NCBI GenBank assembly: GCA_934511165.1
Contig: CAKSWA010000046.1
Location: 1 to 15,679 of the forward strand
Length of the DNA stretch: 15,679 bases
Direction: 5' to 3'
Source of the DNA: an uncultured Oscillospiraceae bacterium
GTDB taxonomy: Bacteria > Bacillota > Clostridia > Oscillospirales > Oscillospiraceae
Under the pieces are notes generated by a model. That model was not told the origin of the DNA, made no database searches, and saw only the letters and a list, made by a program, of their open reading frames with translations. Numbering within the stretch: the stretch's first letter is position 1; each line of letters starts with the position of its first letter. The translations under genes and the position numbers were made by a program. Shown here one piece after another: positions 7,217 through 14,542 of this stretch.

Positions 7217-7292
7217 GAACAGGACCAGTAAAAACGGACAATAGACAAAACACCCCCTGATGTAGGAAAATAGAACTACATCAGGGGGTGCT
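7217..7292. repeat. Right copy of the perfect 76-bp inverted repeat (hairpin at 7251..7290)
   Basis: It is the exact reverse complement of 1..76. On the minus strand the hairpin is followed by the T-runs, so it would stop leftward transcription entering the module. Confidence 0.9.
7243..7290 (-). terminator. Terminator-like hairpin inside the right inverted repeat, minus-strand orientation
   Basis: It mirrors 3..50. Confidence 0.35.
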
Positions 7293-7295
7293 GTT

Positions 7296-7472
7296 ATGTC
7301 AAAAAGAGAATATACCCATGTACGGTTGCTGTATCCAGAGATTAAAGCAATGATAGAAGCAGGGAAAACGCAGCGGGAGATCGCGGAATACTATGGATTC
7401 AAGGACAAGTATGTAGTAAAGGGACTGTTTGCTTATACGGCATACCCTGATATTATTATGGAGAGTCTTTAA
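7296..7472 (+). CDS. 59-aa helix-turn-helix-like protein, possibly the N-terminal remnant of a transposase or recombinase gene
   Basis: The sequence is MSKREYTHVRLLYPEIKAMIEAGKTQREIAEYYGFKDKYVVKGLFAYTAYPDIIMESL. The ATG lies 4 nt after the right repeat. Its only SD-like sequence (GGGGG) sits within the hairpin stem. It is below the track's length cutoff. Confidence 0.3.
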   Translation: MSKREYTHVRLLYPEIKAMIEAGKTQREIAEYYGFKDKYVVKGLFAYTAYPDIIMESL

Positions 7473-7540
7473 CTCGCAGTGAACCACAAAACAATTACAA
7501 TCAAAGTCTAAATTAGAAGTTGGAGGTGTTTCTCATTGCC

Positions 7541-7564
7541 AATCATAACAAATCTGTTATGATT
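7541..7564. repeat. Perfect 10-4-10 inverted repeat AATCATAACA-AATC-TGTTATGATT in an AT-rich 416-bp non-coding leader
   Basis: It is seen directly. It is a candidate operator or element-end remnant. Confidence 0.5.
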
Positions 7565-7888
7565 AGAATTTAAAACAATATTATACAAAAATTTTATGCT
7601 GTGCTAGTATTATTTTGTTGCAACAGACAGACGGCGCGCCCTTGTGTCAGAGTTCAGAAAAATCCAATCTAAGTTTATACCCTATATTTTAATGCAGAAT
7701 CTGGGAGGTTATTCGTTTCTGCTTTCGTAACAGGCATAGTGCAGGATTATATTATTCCTTTCTATTGACATCGAACTGGAATAATTCGAAAACTTCCAAC
7801 AAGAGCTATTCACTTCTACTTTAAAGTGGCGGCTCTCGCCAAATTCTGCCCCTAAAGACCCTTAAAAAAAGAAAGTGAGGGAATCCTT

Positions 7889-9076
7889 ATGACTTGGTCT
7901 CCTATTTTGGCATTCGCAGTGATTGCGCTGGCATTTGGCATTGGCGATGTGATTGCTGCAAAGACACGCGGCGTTATCAGTTCCGTCTTGGTGGCTATTC
8001 TTTTGTTCCTTGTATTTGGAAGTACGTTCAAACTTCTTCCTGCCGATTTGATGAATCAGTCTGGCCTGATGAGCCTTATTCCCACGTTCGGTATGGCTCT
8101 TATTCTCGTGAATGTGGGTTCTATGCTTGATCTGAATGTTCTGAGACGTGAATGGAAAACCGTCCTTGTTTCGCTTGCAGGTGTGGCTGGATTAGTAGTG
8201 ATCTACCTCACTGTTGGCACATTGATTTTTGGCAAGGAGTACGCTCTGGGAGCGATGGGCCCTGCCTCTGGCGGTATGGCAGCAACCATGATTCTAACTG
8301 CTGCGGCGAACGAGGCCGGACGTGCAGATCTGGCAGGTTTCGTCGCTTCGGTGATGGCCCTTCAGGTTCTGGTTGGACTCCCTATTGCATCCTTCTGCCT
8401 GCGAAAAGAGGCTAACCGATTCTTAAATGCTGGCGAAAATCAGCGGGCCAAAATGCTGGAAGAAGGCAGAAAACTGAGCATTCGTATTTTGCCTGAAACC
8501 CCCGAAGTACTGGACACCCCGAATATCCATCTGGCTCGAGTGGCACTTGTTGGGTTTATTGCCTATATGGTGACTTCCCTGACTGGTATTTCCACAGGTA
8601 TTACATATTTGGTGGGTGGTGTGCTGTTTGCTGCCTTGGGTGTCATTGAACCGGGTGCTGTTCGAAAAGCTGGTGCGGAGGGCCTGCTGATGCTGGCTAC
8701 TTACTGCAGTGTCACCAGCAGCTTCGTGAGCATGACTCTTTCACAGTTCGGCGGAATGCTTCCGTCAGTTGTTGGCCTGTTGCTGATTGGAGCAATCGGT
8801 GTTATTGGATTCTCTATATTAGTTGGAAAACTTCTAAAATGGAGTCCGTGGCTGTCTGTTGCTGTTGGTATCGGTTGTATGTTGGGCTATCCTGTAAACT
8901 ATGCTGCAGCCATGGAAGTTTCTTCTGGCGTATCCAAGGGAAGAGGACTCAATAAAGAAGATGAGCAGAAATTGGTGGATCAGTTACTGCCCAAGATGAT
9001 CGTCTCTTGTGTGGTATCGATAAGTATTGCTTCTGTGATACTGGCAGGCGCCATCGCCCCTATTTTGTTTGGTTAA
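7889..9076 (+). CDS. Polytopic membrane protein, putative transporter (395 aa); family not confidently assigned
   Basis: GTGAGGG lies 7 nt upstream of the ATG. It has about 10 to 12 predicted hydrophobic helices. It ends 1 nt before the amidohydrolase start and is probably a substrate transporter for it. Confidence 0.65.
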   Translation: MTWSPILAFAVIALAFGIGDVIAAKTRGVISSVLVAILLFLVFGSTFKLLPADLMNQSGLMSLIPTFGMALILVNVGSMLDLNVLRREWKTVLVSLAGVAGLVVIYLTVGTLIFGKEYALGAMGPASGGMAATMILTAAANEAGRADLAGFVASVMALQVLVGLPIASFCLRKEANRFLNAGENQRAKMLEEGRKLSIRILPETPEVLDTPNIHLARVALVGFIAYMVTSLTGISTGITYLVGGVLFAALGVIEPGAVRKAGAEGLLMLATYCSVTSSFVSMTLSQFGGMLPSVVGLLLIGAIGVIGFSILVGKLLKWSPWLSVAVGIGCMLGYPVNYAAAMEVSSGVSKGRGLNKEDEQKLVDQLLPKMIVSCVVSISIASVILAGAIAPILFG

Positions 9077-10288
9077 ATGACAAATATGAATACGCTTTTG
9101 AACGATGCGCGGATTCTGCAAGAAGAGATTGTTGCAAATCGTCGCGCGATTCACAAATTTGCAGAAGTAGGGTTTGATTTACCTCATACCTATGCCTACG
9201 TCTTTGATAAGTTGATCGAGTATGGCTATAACCCCCAAAAGGTTGGTAAGATGGGCATTACCTGTTTGGCGGGGAAGCCTGGGGCCACTATCTTGCTTCG
9301 GGCAGATATGGACGCTCTTCCCATGATGGAGGAGAGCGGAGAAAGCTTTGCTGCCACCAATGGCAATTGCCATTCTTGCGGACATGACTGCCATACCGCA
9401 ATGCTCTTAGGAGCAGCCAAGCTCCTGAAAGAACGGGAAAACGAACTGTGCGGAACAGTAAAGTTCATGTTTCAGCCTGCCGAAGAGATCATGGGCGGAG
9501 CCCTAGATATGTTGGAAAATGGCATCTTAGAAAACCCTAAAGTGGATATGGCTTTGGGCCTTCATATCATTACCGGAAACGAAATCAGCAAGTCAGGGCG
9601 TATCTGCTGTATTCACCATTGTGTAGCTACTTCAGGCGATGCAATAAAGATTACTGTGCAGGGAAAGGATGCCCACGGCTCACTGCCGGAAAAAGGTGTA
9701 GATGCAATTCATATTGCTGCTCATATCATCCTGGCCTTAGAGGAACTGACAGCTCGTGAGCTTCCCATGAAGCAGGACAGTATTGTTTTGGTGGGACGTA
9801 TTGTGGGTGGTACAACTTGCAACAGCGTAGCCGGTGAGACAACACTGGAGGTATCTGTTCGTACTAACGGCCCTGAAGAGCGCAATTTTCTTCTTAAACG
9901 AGTTGAGGAAATCGCCACCGGTGTAGCAGCTACCTTCCGGGGAAAAGCAAAGGTAGAACATTTATATGGTGCTCCACCACTTGTAAACCCCGAACCGGAG
10001 TTGTTGGAAATTCAGTCATACCTAAGGGAAATGCTTCCACAGGAATTTGTTGTAGACTGTCCCAAGATGGGTGGAAGTGAGGACTTTACGATGGTTTCCG
10101 AACGGGTGACATCAGTATTTCTTCAACTTGGAGTGGGAAGCATTGATGAAGGCTACCCATGCGGTCCCCATCAGCCTGCTATGCGGGTGGATGAATCTGC
10201 CCTCCCAGTGGGTGTGGCCGCTTATACTCAATGTGCTTTGCGCTGGCTGGAAGAACACCAAAATGAAGAACCTAGATTTGATAGATAA
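9077..10288 (+). CDS. M20D-family amidohydrolase (N-acyl-amino-acid amidohydrolase / hippurate hydrolase-like)
   Basis: It carries HSCGHDCHTAMLLGAAK, the metal-binding signature of the ama/hipO-type M20D peptidases. The N-terminus reads LQEEIVANRRAIHKFAEVGFD. The start is coupled to the upstream gene (TAAATG) with no SD. Confidence 0.85.
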   Translation: MTNMNTLLNDARILQEEIVANRRAIHKFAEVGFDLPHTYAYVFDKLIEYGYNPQKVGKMGITCLAGKPGATILLRADMDALPMMEESGESFAATNGNCHSCGHDCHTAMLLGAAKLLKERENELCGTVKFMFQPAEEIMGGALDMLENGILENPKVDMALGLHIITGNEISKSGRICCIHHCVATSGDAIKITVQGKDAHGSLPEKGVDAIHIAAHIILALEELTARELPMKQDSIVLVGRIVGGTTCNSVAGETTLEVSVRTNGPEERNFLLKRVEEIATGVAATFRGKAKVEHLYGAPPLVNPEPELLEIQSYLREMLPQEFVVDCPKMGGSEDFTMVSERVTSVFLQLGVGSIDEGYPCGPHQPAMRVDESALPVGVAAYTQCALRWLEEHQNEEPRFDR

Positions 10289-10326
10289 AACTGGGGGAAT
10301 TGCTTCCTTTTTGATGAGTAAAAATC

Positions 10327-10401
10327 ATGTTAGGAATTGTGTTTAATGCAGCGAGTGTGATATGCGGCAGCTTTTTTGGCGTGCTGGTTGGGAAAAAATA
10401 A
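10327..10401 (+). pseudogene. Possible 24-codon N-terminal remnant of a DUF554-type membrane protein gene
   Basis: MLGIVFNAASVICGSFFGVLVGKK resembles DUF554 N-termini (YdfK-like). There is no RBS and the frame terminates immediately. Confidence 0.2.
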
Positions 10402-10561
10402 ATCATTCCTTTGCAGAAGTAATGAATCAGGTCTTGCCGTATTGCAAAACTGTGTGACTTTCCAGTAGCAGATATGCTTCCAGCCCTTGTAATAGTCTTT
10501 CCCTTGAGTGCACTTTGGGGCCGGATTCCGCTCTAATCTAACTTATTCTCAAAAGCCATCT

Positions 10562-10590
10562 TTCAAGTATAGAAATATTTATGGTATACT
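10562..10590 (+). promoter_or_regulatory. Putative promoter (extended -10 TGgTATACT) for the LysR gene
   Basis: TG-n-TATACT at 10582..10590 with a weak -35 TTCAAG. It lies about 25 nt upstream of the AAAGGAG RBS. Confidence 0.3.
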
Positions 10591-10631
10591 GGCAATGTCC
10601 TGAAAGTGGGTAACGAAAAGGAGTTGGATAT

Positions 10632-11558
10632 ATGACGATTGAACGGCTCCGCTGTTTTGTGGCGGCAGCAAAGCACTTGAATTTCACTCGGGCAGCAGCA
10701 GAACTGCACATGGCCCAAACTGCCATGAGTCGGCAGATTGCTACGTTAGAGGATGAATTAAACTGTCGCCTATTTGATAGGACCAATCGGTCTGTCCAAC
10801 TCACCCCCGCGGGCAAGTGCTTTTTTGATGGAATTGGCCCTTTGCTGAAATTATATGATAAGACCATAGAAGAAACTCAAGTAGTAAGTAAGCGCTTGGC
10901 AGGAGAACTGCGGGTAGGAATTGGACAGTATGAGCAAAGTTTTGTCTCTGAATTGGTGCGGGAATTTCATCAGAGTTATCCAATGGTAGAGGTAATGGTA
11001 ACCAAGTATGGCTATCAGGACTTGCTCGAACACTTGGTCACAGGAGAGATAGATGTGGCGTTTGCCCTCCCAGTCAGCACTGAATATCTGGCAGATCAAG
11101 AGGTAGAGATACGGGAACTCTTCTATTCGGATGTTTGCATTGCGGTGTGTGAGAATCATCCGATGGCTGGTGCAAAGACATTTCCGAAGGAACGCTTTGA
11201 GCAAGAGCGTCTTTTAACTATCAGTGAAGAGGATGGTCCATGTTCTTTTCGTATCTTGATTGAAAAATTTGAAAAAAAACACGTGCGCTTTAAGGATATT
11301 CGTCGAGTAAACAGCCTGGATGCAGCACTTTTGATGGTCAAGGCGGGGCTGGGCATTGCTATAATCCCTGAATTCTTAAAAGTAAGGGTGCCAGAGGGAG
11401 TTACCACAGTTCCTACCAGAGGTTGGCAAGCGGCAGGGAATCAGTTTGTGGCTATTTCACGCAAAGGTCATAAAGAATCGCAGGTTGAAGCTTTTCTTCA
11501 GGGAATCGCAACATCCCATACTCTTTGGGAACAAATGGAACTACTTAATGTCTACTGA
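10632..11558 (+). CDS. LysR-family transcriptional regulator
   Basis: It has an N-terminal HTH (IERLRCFVAAAKHLNFTRAAAELHMAQTAMSRQIATLEDEL) and a C-terminal substrate-binding domain. AAAGGAG lies 8 nt upstream. Confidence 0.85.
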   Translation: MTIERLRCFVAAAKHLNFTRAAAELHMAQTAMSRQIATLEDELNCRLFDRTNRSVQLTPAGKCFFDGIGPLLKLYDKTIEETQVVSKRLAGELRVGIGQYEQSFVSELVREFHQSYPMVEVMVTKYGYQDLLEHLVTGEIDVAFALPVSTEYLADQEVEIRELFYSDVCIAVCENHPMAGAKTFPKERFEQERLLTISEEDGPCSFRILIEKFEKKHVRFKDIRRVNSLDAALLMVKAGLGIAIIPEFLKVRVPEGVTTVPTRGWQAAGNQFVAISRKGHKESQVEAFLQGIATSHTLWEQMELLNVY

Positions 11559-11566
11559 ACAATAGC

Positions 11567-12602
11567 CTATTTTTCCACGGGCATGAAAATAGCCAGCAGA
11601 TATGTAAGCAAACGCAAAATGGCGCACTGAATCTTGCGGAGATTCAGCACCAGAACGGACATAGCAATCACATGGGCAGCCGTTTCCCGCAGTTTAGCGG
11701 TGACAAGTCCCATACCGCATTTTCGCTTTGCCAGACTGAACTTGCGCTCCACTTCCACGCTCGCACTCATCCCGGTAATCCTGAGCCTTGTCTCTGGTTT
11801 CGCCCTTCTTAGGACGTCCCAGTGCCGGACCGGATAGCCGGATTCCGTGTGCCTTGCAATAGTTGAGATTCTCACGGTTTCGGTAGATCTTGCCTGCCAG
11901 AATGCGGCTTGGATAATGTCCTTCCCGCTCCCGGAACCGTTCCGCCATCTCCTGCAGATTCCCAGCTTCATTGTAGGCATCAAAAGAGCAGCATTCCAGC
12001 CGTGTCCATCCATCTACAACACTGATGTCCAGCTTGGCGCCAAACTCCACCGGCTTGCCTGTTTTTCCCCGTACGATGGGACGGACGAAAGGCTGGCTCA
12101 CACTGACGATTCGGTCATTCACATGGTGGGTGTGGTTATCATACATGTACTTCTGCTGCTCATAGATGGTGCGGACCGTATCCAGACGTTCCATCTGCCG
12201 TGTGGTCAAGGTTTTTCCAAGGGACAGTTTGCCATCTATGGCATCGAGGTCACGCCGGAGATAAGTCAGCTGCTTTCCGATTGCTTTGCGGGTCATCTTG
12301 GCGGTATGCTTGCGACATCTTGTGTATTTCAGGTAATCTTTCCGGGCCCGCTTGCGGTAAGTGCGTGGCTTCTTCCCATCCGCGGGATCATGGAGAACAT
12401 CCAGAAGCGCCTCGGCGTTCTCTCTGGCCTCATTGAGCAGAGAAACGTCCTGGGGATAACGGATATTGGACGGTGCACAGGTGGCGTCCACAATCATGGT
12501 GCCGCTGTTTCCGCCTGTTCCTGGATGATTGCCAGAGTCATTATCGTCATCCCTGGATTTGGCCTCTTTTTCCTGACGCTCCTTTGCGTCCCGCACGATC
12601 AT
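11567..12602 (-). mobile_element. Decayed IS5/IS1182-superfamily (DDE_Tnp_1-type) transposase gene: N-terminally truncated and frameshifted near 11756..11770
   Basis: Frame 1 (11694..12602) has TMIVDATCAPSNIRYPQD...YRNRENLNYCKAHGIRLSGPALGRPKK. The expected C-terminal block VEVERKFSLAKRKCGMGLV...LNLRKI continues in a different frame (11567..12013). The catalytic Asp lies only about 35 aa into the ORF, so about 100 N-terminal residues are missing. No terminal inverted repeats are evident, and the last stop is only 8 bp from the LysR stop. Confidence 0.7.
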
Positions 12603-12626
12603 CTCATTTTTTTGACAAAGGACAGC

Positions 12627-13412
12627 ATGGTTTTCAATTCCGCGGAGGAAATCAATGGCCTGTACGTTGTCTTAAACGGAACACTGGAATCCTTTTTCTA
12701 TGAAAACGGAAACTATTACACAAACAAGATCCTCAAGCAGGGCGCAATCGTCGGGACGAGCCGGTTTTTGACCGGCGGCCGTCACACGGGATTGAAATGC
12801 CGGACCGATGCGATCGTTGCCTATGTTTCCCATGATGTCCTGATCCGCTGGGATAAGCAGGCGCTGCTGCAGCTTCTTTCCACCCAGTCCCAGAAAAACC
12901 AGCACCTGATCAACCAGATCACAACGCTGTTCCTGTGCTCCTGTACGAAGCGGCTGCTCCTTTTCCTGTACGAAATGGCAAAGGACAATCTCACCATGGG
13001 AAGAATGGATATCCCGGTTCAGATCTCCATATCCAACAAGGACATTGCCAGCATCATCAACACCTCCCGGGAGATCGAGCTTCTCGCGGTGGTTGACGGC
13101 GAGGTCGTTGGCACCGCTGGGATAGACGCCGTCGGAACAAAATACAAAGTGGCGCACCGCGCCGAATTCGGCATCAGCGTGCTGAAGGAATTCTGGGGGC
13201 TTGGCATCGGCCGCGCGATGATGGACGCGTGCATCCAATGCGCGAGAGACGCCGGGTATGTCCAGCTGGAGCTGAGCGTGGTGGCGGACAACGCTCAGGC
13301 GATCGCCATGTACCAAAGGGCCGGGTTCGTGGAATGCGGCCGGAACCCCAGGGGCTTCCGCTCACGGGCGGCGGGGTATCAGGAAGTTGCTTCCATACTT
13401 CTGACGCTGTGA
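12627..13412 (+). CDS. Mosaic ORF: a Crp/Fnr-type fragment (cNMP-binding domain plus partial HTH) fused in frame to the C-terminal two-thirds of a GNAT acetyltransferase
   Basis: The 12603..13080 part is Crp-like (AEEINGLYVVLNGTLE...GAIVGTSRFL...RLLLFLYEMAK...ISNKDIASIINTSREIE) but lacks both its N-terminus and its recognition helix. From about 13081 it continues as GNAT motifs (AVVDGEVVGTAG...EFWGLGIGRAMMDA...AIAMYQRAGF). Base composition changes visibly at the same point. Confidence 0.5.
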   Translation: MVFNSAEEINGLYVVLNGTLESFFYENGNYYTNKILKQGAIVGTSRFLTGGRHTGLKCRTDAIVAYVSHDVLIRWDKQALLQLLSTQSQKNQHLINQITTLFLCSCTKRLLLFLYEMAKDNLTMGRMDIPVQISISNKDIASIINTSREIELLAVVDGEVVGTAGIDAVGTKYKVAHRAEFGISVLKEFWGLGIGRAMMDACIQCARDAGYVQLELSVVADNAQAIAMYQRAGFVECGRNPRGFRSRAAGYQEVASILLTL

Positions 13413-13460
13413 CGCACCCCGCAAAGAAAAACATACGGCAGCAGAGGAAAAGAAACGTCT

Positions 13461-13889
13461 ATGGAAATTCGCCCATTGGATAAGGAAACCTATGCGGGCA
13501 GGAAATTTACCGCCCGGTATACGACAAGCGGGTATTACGATATCGCCGTCTCGGAAGGCGGCTTTGCGATGCAGTATACGCCGTTTGAAGCGCCTCTCGA
13601 GCGCGTGAATTTGGAGCCGTATTTGGACGGCGTGGAGCTGGTCGTTGCCGGCGGAGAGTCGGACAGGGACGCAAGACCTCTGGACTACGAATGGGTGCTG
13701 GACATCCGCGAGCAGTGCATCCGAAAGCAGGTCAATTTCGAGTTCCGCCAATGCGGAACGCACTCCATCAAAGACGGCAGACAGTATAAGCTCCAGACCC
13801 GAGACCTGTGCCGGCAGGCGCGTCTGGCCGGTATCAACTACCAATGTGAGCCGAGCCGGGATAATAAACGGGAGTCATCTTATGCATGA
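13461..13889 (+). CDS. 142-aa ORF with a DUF5131 (phage Gp37/Gp68-like) C-terminal block and a possibly GNAT-like N-terminus
   Basis: LVVAGGESDRDARPLDYEWVLDIREQCIRKQVNFEFRQCG matches the recalled DUF5131 C-terminus (WVIVGGESGPGARP...WVRSIRDQC...FFFKQWG). The Cys-motif N-terminal half is absent. The first about 47 aa (MEIRPLDKETYAGRKFTARYTTSGYYD...) instead resemble the start of a GNAT subfamily. Confidence 0.45.
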   Translation: MEIRPLDKETYAGRKFTARYTTSGYYDIAVSEGGFAMQYTPFEAPLERVNLEPYLDGVELVVAGGESDRDARPLDYEWVLDIREQCIRKQVNFEFRQCGTHSIKDGRQYKLQTRDLCRQARLAGINYQCEPSRDNKRESSYA

Positions 13890-14409
13890 TACATTGACGG
13901 TAAACAACGCGGGATATGCCGTGATCAAGCTCCTTGGCAAGGGAAAGGGCGGCTATTCCTATCTCGTGACGGACGGCGAGCGGGAATACGTTCTCAAGCA
14001 GATCCACCACGAGCCGTGCGAATACTACACCTTCGGCGACAAGCTGCAATCGGAGCTGCGCGACTATGAAACGCTGCGCGCTCTCGACATCCCCATGCCG
14101 CGGCTGCTGGTGGTGGACGAGGCGCAGGAGCGCCTTTTGAAGGAATATATTCCTGGGGCGACGGTTGCGGAGCGGCGTGCGGCGAGAGAGATAGACGAGC
14201 GCTGGACAGAGCAGGTGCGCGTCATGTGCGCCATTCTGTATCCGGCAGGGCTGAACATCGACTATTACCCCACCAACTTCGTCCCCTGCGGCGAAACGCT
14301 CTATTACATTGACTATGAATGCAACGCCTATATGGAAGAATGGGATTTTGAGCATTGGGGCGCGCAGTACTGGACACTCCAGCCGCCGGAGCCATCTGCG
14401 CCAATTTGA
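13882..14409 (+). CDS. Minimal protein-kinase-like fold protein (175 aa)
   Basis: It has a Gly-rich loop GKGKGGYSY, a VLKQ lysine, a hinge-like LLKEYIPG, a catalytic-loop-like NIDYYPTNFV and a DFG-like YIDYE. The start overlaps the upstream stop (ATGCATGA). GGGAG lies 8 nt upstream. Confidence 0.55.
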   Translation: MHDTLTVNNAGYAVIKLLGKGKGGYSYLVTDGEREYVLKQIHHEPCEYYTFGDKLQSELRDYETLRALDIPMPRLLVVDEAQERLLKEYIPGATVAERRAAREIDERWTEQVRVMCAILYPAGLNIDYYPTNFVPCGETLYYIDYECNAYMEEWDFEHWGAQYWTLQPPEPSAPI

Positions 14410-14414
14410 CAGAA

Positions 14415-14449
14415 TTGCCCGCCGGGAAACCGACGGGCAAAATTTTTTT
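14415..14449 (+). terminator. Rho-independent terminator
   Basis: The hairpin TTGCCCGCCGGGAAACCGACGGGCAA is followed by AATTTTTTTC, 6 nt after the stop. Confidence 0.6.
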
Positions 14450-14459
14450 CAAAACCCTA

Positions 14460-14488
14460 TTGACAATCCGCAAATGTGCTGCTATATT
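14460..14488 (+). promoter_or_regulatory. Strong sigma-A promoter of the perR-rubrerythrin operon
   Basis: TTGACA (14460..14465), a 17-nt spacer, then TG-c-TATATT (14480..14488). This is a consensus -35 with an extended -10. Confidence 0.65.
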
Positions 14489-14496
14489 AAAAATAA

Positions 14497-14511
14497 CAAT
14501 AATCATTATTG
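14497..14511. promoter_or_regulatory. Fur-family (PerR-type) operator: perfect 7-1-7 palindrome CAATAAT-C-ATTATTG overlapping the predicted transcription start
   Basis: It is seen directly. It matches the ATAAT-N-ATTAT core of Bacillus-type Fur/PerR boxes and starts 9 nt after the -10, the classic autorepression position. Confidence 0.6.
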
Positions 14512-14542
14512 ATTATGAAGTTCCCCAGCAAAGGAGCCAATC

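Noticed and set aside
7633-7640. GGCGCGCC (AscI site) in AT-rich DNA as a possible sign of an engineered construct
   Set aside because: A single 8-mer is weak evidence. No other vector-like features (multiple cloning sites, resistance markers, origins) are present. It is kept only as a minor curiosity within finding 9.
11847-12602. N-terminal part of the 521-aa plus-strand ORF
   Set aside because: This portion is antisense to the transposase remnant and has no motifs. Only the part from about 12603 onward (the Crp/GNAT mosaic) is protein-like.
12672-13316. 214-aa minus-strand ORF
   Set aside because: It is antisense to the Crp/GNAT mosaic ORF, which has clear domain motifs.
13362-14355. Two minus-strand ORFs (160 aa and 173 aa)
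   Set aside because: They are antisense to the DUF5131-like and kinase-like genes, which are translationally coupled and motif-bearing.
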